Assembly: GCF_037042905.1 (NCBI RefSeq)
Contig: NC_087252.1
Span: forward strand, 12,464,001 to 12,528,000
Direction: 5' to 3'
Length of the DNA stretch: 64,000 bases
Origin: Lytechinus pictus
Lineage: Eukaryota
Shown: positions 13,126 through 23,549 of the stretch, piece by piece
Numbering within the stretch: position 1 is the first letter of the stretch
Layout of the letters: the number at the start of each line of letters is the position of its first letter
Notes under the pieces: generated by a model
Databases searched by the model: none
Seen by the model: the letters and a program-made list of their open reading frames with translations, nothing else
What the model was told of the DNA's origin: nothing
Program-made: the position numbers and the translations under genes

Positions 13126-14021
13126 CTCGGAAACGATCTTGGCCCCTGCTCCTGCTCCGTATCACATTTGATCGGGGAGGTCTCACCTCCAAGGTCCGGT
13201 GATATATCAGAACGATACTGTGCACACATCGGCACGCCAGCAATGCAATCTAATGAATAAGTTCGCTTATTATCAACCCGTGTCGTAGGGGAGCAGACAA
13301 GGTATTTGATCGTAAGGAACTATTGGTTTTAATGTAACTTCAACCGAAATGGGAAAGCTCAGTATGCAGTCAATGAAGTCTGGAAAGAAAAGCAGTGGGG
13401 TACAGATGAGGGCGCCTGCCCCAAACCCCCCCCCCAAAAAAAAAGAATAAAATGAATAATGATAATAAATGAATAAAACAATCATCAAGATAGAAGCTTG
13501 AAATGTATTATTTTCCGAATATCATCTGAAAATCTATCACAAAATGTGATTTTTATAACAGGTTTTTTTTTGAAATTTTTGCTAACTCCCTTCGCTCGCT
13601 CGCAACTTTTTTTTTTATATAAATTCAGCCACATACGCCGTACCTGGCCCCTTAAAACTGTTTGGCTCATTATGCCACTGAAATAGACAGGAACGCTCGT
13701 CTAAAAAAAAAAAGCTCAACGAAAATAAGGAAACCCTTGATTTGTGGTAGGTCCATGGTTTGAGCATTACATAGTAAGGGGAGAAGGGGGGGGGGGGTAA
13801 TTCCCTCCCCATTCTTCATGGGGGTGGGGTGTTCCTGACACGGACTTGCGAGAAAAGGCTTGTAGAAATCGATTCAAATTTATGGATGTTTCTTTCCTTG
13901 GAGCCTTGTTTAAAAAAAAAAAGATCATTAAAGCTAATTATTAAAGCAGATAGGAATCACCTGATAATTTGTTTAGGTAATCGGTAACTCAGTTGCTCGG
14001 ATGATAATGACTTTGGTCATC

Positions 14022-14539
14022 AAAGGAAACCAAAACCTAAGAAGACAAGTAATCTTATTGGAAAGAGTAAAATGAGAGCAACAATTTAAAAAAAGTTTCA
14101 TCAAAATCGGTTATGAAATAAGCAAGTTATGGGAGTTTGGAAAACTCTTGTTTTACTTTCTATGGGCATCCTCAAAATGGCTGATTTTGTGGACAACTCT
14201 CCGTTTGTTTTGTACACAAATTTTCAGATTTTCCTCATTATCTTTCAAATTGGATCTTACCTCCTTCTGAGCACAACATATGTCATGGGAAAATATAATC
14301 CACATCATATATGTCAAGGTCAGGAGGAGATAATGTGAAATATGTAAAATAAAGGGGAAAAATCTGAAAATATGTGTACAAAACAAATGGAGAGTTGTCC
14401 ACAAAATCAGCAATTTTGAAGCACGTTTGCCAATTTGAGAATCCACATAGTAAGTACAAGACTTTTTAATCGTCCATAACTTGCTTATTTCATAACCGAT
14501 TTTGATGAAACTTTTTTTTAATTGTTCCTCTCATTTGAC
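14022..14539. mobile_element. Long palindromic MITE (probably Kolobok-type), right terminus truncated
   Basis: 'aatcttattggaaagagt...aaagtttcatcaaaatcggttatgaaataagcaagttatgg' and 'tgattttgtggacaactctcc' have reverse complements at ~14385-14410 and ~14475-14555. Confidence 0.8.
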
Positions 14540-14647
14540 TCTTTCCAATAAGATTGCTTAACATTCTAGGCTATGTAAGGAAAATAATCACTTCCATTCG
14601 CAATACCTTATATACGAACTGCATTTTGATGGTTTTCATGGTTGAAA

Positions 14648-15010
14648 CAAGTTCAAGTTCAAGTTTTATTTCATTTCTCAACTCAATACAAGATAAGAAA
14701 GAATTACACAGATATACAATGATAACCATACAAATCAATACAAATGAATATACATTGCAAGCAATAAATATGACTATACAAGAAAAGTAAATAAATATTT
14801 ATGGTGAACACTAAATAACGTGATAAACATATTAACCAATAACAATATATACAATGGAAATAGAACAAAATGTATGCCATTCTCGGTTAAAAAAATAAAT
14901 AAAAATTTGCAAGGCTACCTTTATAACTCTTTTTTTTTTCAATAAGTAAGGTTGAGTAAATGGAGGGATCCACTAAAAAGCAGGGCTTGTTGAGTGTGGA
15001 CCCCTCAGGC
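14648..15010 (-). mobile_element. LINE 3' UTR remnant (CR1/Crack-like) with (CTTGAA)n tail
   Basis: The minus strand ends 'gaaataaaacttgaacttgaacttg'; upstream stem-loop-like 'gaggggtccac...gtggatccctc'. No coding sequence is retained. Confidence 0.55.
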
Positions 15011-16080
15011 TGTGGACCCCTACAATATTGCACTGAAAGTATCTAGGGTCTCACAGCCCTTAAAAAACTCCACAAAATTAATCAATCCCTTTAAACGATG
15101 TCGGTAAAATCCCATACTTAAAAGTAAGTTTGCAAATATTATCATAGTTGATATTCATGGTTAGCCTTTGCTAAGCTGGTAGGCTTGAAACGTAAACGAC
15201 ATGCATGGCAAAGCAGGGACAAACGATATAGTTTACTCAAATTATTCTTTAATGACTTTATGACTTTAAAATAAATCAGTTTGCTGCAAACTGAGGAATA
15301 ATGAACAGTTGTAAGGAAGGGCAGAATACAGTAATGACTAATGTGTCTCCATTCCAGAGAAAAAAATACATTTGCGGGTGAAAATGCATTAAATATGTTC
15401 CAGACGGAAGGCAAATACGAAAACTATCCATTTACAGGAGACTCCGCTCATGTGGCTACGAGATCTAGTAGATCGAAAATAAATACTGTAGTCTGTTAGC
15501 CGCAGTTTCCCATTTTCATTTAATTGTACTGAATTAATTGAGCCAGTTTTAACTACAATTGGCAAAATATTTATATATATAAATATATTCATGTATACAT
15601 TGGTGCAAAAAGGTTAGTGAACCGCATCAGCATGATTAGAAAATTAACATATTGAAAGTGTTTAAGTTCTGCATCTATGTTTTAGATTTTTAAGTGTGAA
15701 GTCAGGGGATAGAATCATATAATTTACATTCAACAATGTTTGTTTTTTTGGGCTCACTTTACATTGTAGTGTTGTTTTTCTGTATACACATTTATTTTAT
15801 CTTCATTGGAGTGGTAACATTTTCTCCAAAGAATTATGTACATGTATATGTTATATGGTCATATGGGGGGGGGGGTATAACGCAGCCACATGCGTGTACG
15901 CCTACTTCTTCCCTCATCCACGTTTTTGGCATCCCTGAGTACTTATTTATATGGCAGCCACGTGCAGCAAAACAATCTTCTGGAGATAATTAGCATCTAA
16001 AAATTGGTATATATTTCCTTAGCGCTATTGTGATAATTCTTTTCATTATGAAGTTAGAAATAGACGAAGAAGAAGACTGA

Positions 16081-16239
16081 GTAGTAATAGTAGTTGTAGT
16101 AGTAGTAGTAGTAGTAGTAGTAGTAATAGGAGTAGTAGTAGTAGTAGTAACAGAAAGGTTGTGGTTTAGCAGTAAGAGTAGCAGTAATAGTTGGAGTAAT
16201 AGTAGTAGTAGTAGTGGTAGTAGTAGTAGTAGTAGTAGC

Positions 16240-16288
<49 letters not shown>

Positions 16289-16305
16289 ATAGGGGTAGTA
16301 GTAGA
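16081..16305. repeat. (TAG)n microsatellite
   Basis: Long gtagtagta runs; explains the poly-Val ORF 16214-16423. Confidence 0.95.
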
Positions 16306-16739
16306 GGCTGTATTATATAAATGGTATTGTTCTTACTGTTATTATAACGAATTTAATTTAGTATTATTGTTTTCTCAACATCATTGTAATTTCCTTTATG
16401 ATTTATACTATGGTTGTATATAAAAAAAAAATTATTTTATCTTACGCTCAGCTTTTCGTCACAGTATCATGTATACTACTGAATTGAAAGGCACTTATTT
16501 CAACAGGCAGAATAGAACGCAATAAGATATTTCGTTTTCTTATTATTTTGAAATCATAGGCATGATTACCTAATTAGAACACATATTTTCTGCCTTGTAA
16601 TGCCATATGTGTTATAATTATGTATATAATTATGATGTAGCATTTTTAACACAAAATTAATACTACAATCCGTAAGGCCAAATAAATCGAAAAAAAAAAC
16701 AAAACATATGAAACAATATGAAACACAATTCAGACTTAC

Positions 16740-16794
16740 ATTTGCATGTAAAGGTTTGTCCCGGCCGCCTTGGTCCTGAGTTTTCGCCCTAGAT
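16740..16794 (-). other. Candidate 55-bp internal exon
   Basis: Minus strand: 'ttgttattctctgttattttag|ATCT...CAAAT|gtaagt'; GC-richer than its flanks, with strong acceptor and donor. Confidence 0.4.
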
Positions 16795-17561
16795 CTAAAA
16801 TAACAGAGAATAACAATGGAGCTGAAAATAAAAATAATTCATTTCCATTTCCCATCTGTCACACTATAATGAACAAAGGTCATGTTGACTAATGTGTAGT
16901 GTGTGACTCACCTCAGAAACACGTGTCCTTTTTATAAACGAATTGCTGGTATTTTTATGAAGTACCATTGGACGAGAGCATACATTTTAGATTAGGACCA
17001 TGCATATTGCTCTGCAGTTGAGCTTTTAATACTTAAATCTTTCTTGTTTCACATCACAAATTCTGGTTTAAGAATATGGACTCTTATATTGTCCACTTTA
17101 TAGATAATCCTTGTCCGAAACTTTATTAAGCCACCACCCCCTTCACACTTTCATTTGCACCCACCATCTCACCCTCACCACGCACACACACCTACACACA
17201 CAATCAAAGTGAGTATTTCACGCGATCTTCGACGTGTGTGTATCGGCAAGTGAGGGTGTGTGTGCATCGTGTTTACCTGTTGGAAAAGGGCATCTTAACT
17301 GCAATTGAATAATGTTTGTATTTTTAAAGTTATGCTCCCCGTTTATCAAATAGCAGTAAAAACACAGTTTACATTTTATACAACGCCGTTTATATGAACC
17401 TTAATGTGTAATGGTTTATTCAATGTTTAATCGATGTTAATTAGGTATAGGCCTAGTGGCCGACCTTATATACGACAGAAATTATTCTTAGGTCTTTTTA
17501 AAGAAGTGGAGACAATGGTAGAACGTGTGTTAAGGTCTTAAAGTGTAAACTCATGCTATAG

Positions 17562-17631
17562 CGTAAAGTGGATTCGAACTCACGACCTCACGATCATAAG
17601 TGCAATGCTGTAACCACTAGACCACACGACC
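17562..17631 (-). mobile_element. Isolated tRNA-derived SINE head
   Basis: Minus strand GGTCGTGTGGTCTAGTGGTTACAGC...GAGTTCGAATCCAC has A and B boxes but no paired acceptor stem. Confidence 0.7.
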
Positions 17632-17730
17632 TTTGTGCCTTGTAACTATGCATCCAGATGCTTTTGAATTTACACTATTCATTAAATGCTCATTGAATAT
17701 GACAATGAAAATGGTGACAATATTGCTTAC

Positions 17731-17826
17731 CGTCAAAAAGCACGCCAATCACAATAAACACAGTTGAGAATTGATGCACACCGCCCGGTAGCTCTCCCAG
17801 ACCGAACTCGTAAAAACCGTCACTGG
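17731..17826 (-). other. Candidate first exon with weak core promoter
   Basis: Donor 'TTGACG|gtaagc' at 17731/17730; Inr-like CCAGTG at 17821-17826; TATA-like 'TATAGCATATATTT' ~30 bp upstream; CpG-containing unique sequence. Confidence 0.3.
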
Positions 17827-19049
17827 CGTGTTTCCCTTACGAGCCAACAAAAAATATATGCTATACACCGGATGGGTGGGAGATAGTAGAGCCTAATGCA
17901 CCCGTTGTCGGTAACTACGATGTATAACAGGCATCTGTGTTGTTTGTGAAGGAGACCAGTAACGAGAGGAAGTGTTTTCTCATCCAGTCCAGTGAAGAAA
18001 GTGTGTGTGTGCGTTCGCGCATGTATGTGTATTCGCGTGTGGGTGTGCGGTGTGTACTAGTGTGAGAATGTGCACTAGAAGTGTGCGAGTGAATAGGCCT
18101 ACCATTGTGCCCTGGTGCGCTTTTGGATGCCTAGGGAGGGGGGCTTAAAAGTTAGAGCGGGTAGGGGCATAGGCTAGGGGTTTCATTATATATTGTTGTG
18201 ATTTTTAACGATCCACATTTGCATCAGTGTTTTATGTTTTAAAAACCAAACGAAAATTCTGTATTTTCTTTAATTTTCTAATGTACTATAGAAATAATCT
18301 GTAATAAAAACAGGTTGAAATTTTATAGGTGTGATTGCATCTGACGATGTTTCGTTATGTCGGACGCGGATTTTTTTTTTGGAGAGCCTTTATTGCAACC
18401 GATTGCTTGGATGAAAAGTATGGTAAGAAACGAAAGATCTATCCAAGAATATGAATTTATCAGAGCATTTATTAGAGCAGAACCATCTAAAAGAAAACAA
18501 TTATAGATATCTAATCTAAACATGTTAAATCTATGTGGAAGCTACAATATCAATCTAAAAATATATCGAAATTTTAATTGATCACAAGATATATATATAG
18601 CCAAGCTAGAAATCAGGAGTCCGCCAAAATGTGATTTCCTTGGACTTATTTAATCAACCTACATCCATTTTTAAATGGAATTTACATTAGCTCGTTAGGA
18701 TAATGTTCGGATCTGGTATTACTCAGTATGAAACTAAGAAAAAGAGAGAAAGACATTCGGGAAATTCTTCATGCACAATATTTAGTTGTCCTTAGAAAAG
18801 AAGTACGGGAATTCGTGAGGTCCTGGTCATGGATGTAAGAAACGCGAAATGGAGAAATAAATGTTAAAATGTTTTGTTTTAACAATTGCCACACTATGTT
18901 GCCATAATACGTAAACGCCTTTCTGTCTTATTACCCCTTTTATCAATTTATTACCATATGTTTTTTGTTACTTTAGTTGAAAACATAAGGTTCATATACT
19001 TCTTTCTTGGTCAATGAATGTATTGTAGTAATATTTATATTGTAACCAC

Positions 19050-19095
19050 TATCATCTGATGAAGACGGACAGTCAACCTGCCCGAAACGTCGAGT
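19050..19095 (+). ncRNA. Degenerate minimal type I hammerhead ribozyme-like motif (Penelope-type)
   Basis: CTGATGA (19056-19062), imperfect stem II GGACAG-tcaac-CTGCCC, GAAA (19084-19087), palindromic ACGT, GTC triplet ending at 19091. Stem I pairs poorly. Confidence 0.45.
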
Positions 19096-19565
19096 CTCTC
19101 TACTACTCATCATCTCTACTCGCCGACTCAAGCCAGCATCTCCTCATCGGCTCTACTACTCAAGCTGTTCTCAACTCTTCAATCTTTCCTGGTTTACAGT
19201 CCTTTTCAGGACTACTTACAAGAAAGAATACTCTACTCTCAAATCTCCACTTTCTCGCCTATCCATTTCTTCTCTTCTTCTATCCACTGTTTCTATGACA
19301 CTACACATGGTGTACCGTAAACCACATCAGCGATTGTACATACCACCATGCAAACCTTCAAACAACATCTGATGGTTAGTATAAAAATGGGAAATAAATG
19401 ATTGAATGAATGTATTGATCAATTGCAAAAATACTAGGATGTATAAATTGGAATAAGGAATCATTAGAGAATGCAGTGAACAATACATATATTTAGCTAA
19501 GTAGGAATTAGTAGAACTCCCCTTTTTCGAATGAAGGCGACATCGATATGAGATCAAACTTATCA

Positions 19566-19810
19566 CTTGGTCTTGCGGTTCTGACTCTTTTCTTTCAAAC
19601 AGAGGGTCCTATGCTCTTATTCCAACCATGGCATGTTTTCCTTCTGAAAGAGACTTATCAACGTTGTGCTGCGCTCGATCTAGGGGGAGGGGGGGGGGTT
19701 AAAAAGGGTACCTTGTAGGATTCCTTGGTTGCAGCTCGAACTAAAGCTCGGGTAATAATGGCCGCGCATTGTATCATCTGAAAAAGCGCTGTGCAAATCC
19801 AGTTATTAGG
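19566..19810 (+). mobile_element. Decayed SINE related to 7628-7896
   Basis: 'gactcttttctttcaaacagaggg', 'ttgtgctgc.ctcga', 'gggtacc.tgtaggattccttg' and tail 'aaaagcgctgtgcaaatccagttatta'. Confidence 0.7.
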
Positions 19811-19830
19811 CCTATTATCATTGTGATTAA

Positions 19831-20438
19831 AGGGGAATCCAACCCAAATAAAAAATTGTTTTTAGAGGAAGAGGTAAAATAAGACAAGTGGATAATTAAC
19901 TGAAAGTTTACACAATATCGGACTACTATAATCAAAAAATCAAAATATTGTTGATCATTAAACCCATGAAGGCATCAAATTGGTCGCAAATGTGATGTCA
20001 AAGTGATGTAAGGCAAGGACTACTCTTCCATGTATTCCAATACATAAATTTGCTAAAATGTAGTTTTTTCGAAAGTTTTTATTATTTTAATTTTTTTTTT
20101 CTTTCATGAGGACCTAAAACAATACACTACCTGGGTTATATTCAGATCACTGCTTCAGGGGAATGAGGCAGTACTAAGAAATCCCTGATAACTAAATAAA
20201 TGCGCATATGGGAAAGTGGTCCTTGCCCCTTGTCATAATTTACTTACCCAGTTGCCAATTTGAAATAAATACAGTGTTAGCATGGACCTAGTAGGTCCAT
20301 GGTCTTAGTGATCTCAATTTTAAAGCATCCATAACTTTCTTATTGCCCGTCCAATTTCTTTAAAACTTTTACCATTTTGGTTTATTAATTTTTCTCCTGT
20401 CGAACATAACATTTTATGACCAATACTGGATTTCCACT
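19831..20438. mobile_element. Older Kolobok-type MITE
   Basis: ttaa|AGGGGAATCCA ... TGGATTTCCACT|ttaa with decayed longer inverted similarity. Confidence 0.7.
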
Positions 20439-21104
20439 TTAAAAAAAAGTCAAGCGCACACTATGTGAATCGGTGCGTTTCGAATTTCAAAGAAATTGTA
20501 TATTAAAGATGACCATGCCAGTTGGTAAAATCTTAGCGATCAGAATAATGGTAGGACTTCTAATTTCGAAATTCAATCTAGTTTGAGCCTCCCTGTAGGG
20601 ATAAAAATCAATTTCAAATCGTAATAACGTTATCATCGGTTGCGATTTGAAGTCAAATTGGATTTTACTCTAATCACAGGGCTTGCTTAAAAGCGAAAAT
20701 TGTTATATTATTATTCCTAACAATAGTGCCGAACTTCAAATCAGATAATTGTACTTCTTGAAACCTTCAAATTAATGTAAAATGCTAATTATTAAAAAAA
20801 AACAATTGTGTCGCACCGGATCCCATAGTGTGCGCTGGGCTTACGGTTTTATCTGGCAAATAAACGTCACCATTTTCACCAATGCCGTTTATGTCTTCGT
20901 CTCAAAGTTTTGCATTTACTGTTGATGTATCGTTGTATTTATTGAAAATGCCCGTCAAATCACAATGGACATCTGGCAGGCCTTTGTCGGAAATCGATGA
21001 ACCGGGACAACTGATCACGGTAAGATTCTGAGCTGACGAAAAATGAAATTATGTCCTTTGTCCAGAGTCCAGGACGAAACTGCGTTGTTATGAAGGGCTT
21101 TGTT

Positions 21105-21362
21105 ATCATCATCATCATCCCCATCATCATCACCATCATCATTGCCATCATCATCACCATTATCACCATAATCATCATCACCATCACCCTCATCATAATT
21201 ACCATCATCATCGTAACAATAATCATGCATCATCACAATCATCGTCGTCATCATCACCACCATTGTCATCATAATGACCGTGATCATCACCCTCACCATG
21301 ATGATGATCATCATCACCATCAACACCGTCACCATCATCGCCATCGTCGTCGCTTCCATCAC
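21105..21362. repeat. (CAT/CAC)n microsatellite
   Basis: Explains the three overlapping Met/Asp/His/Ile-rich ORFs at 20960-21425. Confidence 0.95.
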
Positions 21363-22232
21363 TCAATCTTCCACCCAGGAAGAAGGAATATTAGATTTAC
21401 TCATCGAGAAAAAATAAATCGCTAATGCCGTGAATCAGGAGATGGCGCAATTTCGAAATATATCATCTTGTACATTGCGTTTCTTGGAATATTTGTTTTT
21501 GTTTCCAAATTACACTGCCATACCTTTGAGCTGGCGAAATAATAGGGTATTTTAGCAATCACCTCGCAGCTCCTTTCTTTAACGCTGATAATATTTACCC
21601 AAAAACCCTTTATGATAAAGTTGCCTTTCTGATATGGATAAAAAAAGACGAACTTAAATTTGAACGGAAGTTTTTTGTGGATAAATGGACCACAAAACAA
21701 GATGTTCATTACAGTCAACGTGTATGGTCTGTAGTTTACATCATTCCACAGAAATATAAAACAGACACTTAATTAAGATGGTTTTAGTTTCGGCTCATAT
21801 AAACAGAATGTATGTAAAAGAGTGATAAAAAATAATTTGATTCGTTATTGCTTCTGCTCTTATTATGAAATAAAGATTCTTTTTTATTATCTTGAATGAA
21901 AAGAAAACAAAAAAAATTTACAATGTTTGATTTGACTTTCAAACCATGGTGTAGACACCAAAATCATATCCCCCAGGCGGATGCAGAACGAACTGTCCGT
22001 TTTAAGTACCAATAGTCACTGTAGTCTCAGTTTTTGAAAGCTATATTGAATTTTTAAACATACCAGACCACTGACTGTTCTTGTAACGTGTCCGAACTAC
22101 CTGACCCTTAAGTCTTTGAATAGAACCAAATTGTTTAAAAAGTTAATAAATTAATTGTGGATTTTAGACTACGGCAGCCATTTTGCATTTCAACCTAGAG
22201 TTATTATGTTCACTCTAGCCTTCCTCAATAGA

Positions 22233-22254
22233 TAGGGTTCCCAGCTCATCAGGG

Positions 22255-22285
<31 letters not shown>

Positions 22286-22626
22286 TTTTAAATTTTTCCA
22301 GTCATGGAAAATCAGGGAATTCAAGAAAGAGATACCTGAAATCAGGGAAAATCTGGGAATTTTAATCAACCCAAAAGTCGAAGCACGGTAGTCCGTCAGA
22401 CTCTGTTATATTTTGTTGCATTATGAAAGCAACATCCATTGGATAACTGGTTATGGTGGTAGTAAGTAGTTTTACATTATTGTTTTTGTACTGAAAATTC
22501 ATGTTATTCACTGCAACAATTTTATAGAAAATATGCGAAACTGGGAATGGGTTTAAATAGTGTTCAGGGAAATCATTCAGGGAAAAATCAATGATTTTTT
22601 GTTTTCTTTAAAAGCTGGAAACCCTG
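22233..22626. mobile_element. hAT-like MITE
   Basis: TAGGGTTCCCAGCT vs reverse complement CAGGGTTTCCAGCT (12/14 match); several internal 'tcagggaa' motifs; no clean 8-bp TSD. Confidence 0.55.
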
Positions 22627-23496
22627 CGAGATCTTTTTACCCTTAAACCCTGGATATGCACCAAAAATGATAGATAATGAGTGAGTTATGTCCATTTTTA
22701 GTGAATGGCGACTATCTTTGACGCCATCTTGAATATCACAACTTTCCCGGATGCAGATTTTGGTAGATTTAGACTATGCTATTCCTGAGGTCAGGTAGTA
22801 CCACAAAACCGTTGAAAATAGTTTTGTTACAATTTTTTTTGGGGTAGGGATATTTTAGATATATATTGGCGCGACTAACACATTTTTGGCATTTCCATAT
22901 GTAATTATCAGCTTCAAAATTGGGCGTGGCTTAAAGCGTTAACGAAAAAAAAAATATATAAAAGGTGCGAAAGTGGCATCAACCTGACTTCAAATCATTT
23001 TCTCAATTATCATTTCCAGCCAAAAAAAATAATGCATTTGTACGTTGCCTAATTTACGCTTGCAGTAAGAATCTACTGGACTATTAAAGCTTCCATATAT
23101 TTTACTTAACACACAGCTTAAGCTTTGTAACTTTTGAAAAAGTGCTTGATAAGAAGAAATTATATAGTATTATTGTTATTATTAAGTTAGCAAAGTTACG
23201 CCTATCATTTGACACATCCTTACAAAAACACTTATTAACATAATAATAGTTTTCACATGATATTTAATTTATTTGCAAGCAAGATGTACAATTAGGGTCA
23301 TTTGAAAAACTGATTTCACCAAGGTTGCAGACATGCAGTGGTGTGACAATATAACCAAATGCTTTAGCCGTTGCCACACCTTTGGATATGTGAAATGCAT
23401 ACTTACATATAAGGTAAGTTTTAAATGAATGTACAATACTCACTTGATTAAATTAGCTTCTGAGTATTGTTTAATCCTGACTTCATTCAAGTTTAA

Positions 23497-23549
23497 AGGT
23501 GAATCAAGCCTTGGTCGTATTATGTTATGTTTGAAAGGAGAAAAATAAA
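23497..23549. mobile_element. Terminal 53 bp of a Kolobok-type MITE, cut by the start of the HINE complex
   Basis: ttaa|AGGTGAATCAAGCCTTGGTCGTATTATGTTATGTTTGAAAGGAGAAAAAT resembles the reverse complement of 20380-20438 (AGTGGAAATCCAGTATTGGTCATAAAATGTTATGTTCGACAGGAGAAAAAT). Confidence 0.65.

Noticed and set aside
13393..13850. Possible hAT-like MITE with G/C runs (similar sequence at ~4072-4300)
   Set aside because: No matching TIR pair or TSD could be identified.
16214..16423. Poly-Val membrane peptide
   Set aside because: Translation of (GTA)n.
20960..21425. His-, Met- or Asp-rich proteins
   Set aside because: Translations of a (CAT)n microsatellite.
21940..23090. Older repeat with 'gtagacaccaaaat', 'gccattttg' and 'gccatcttg' motifs
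   Set aside because: Probably a decayed transposon, but termini and family could not be established from the sequence.
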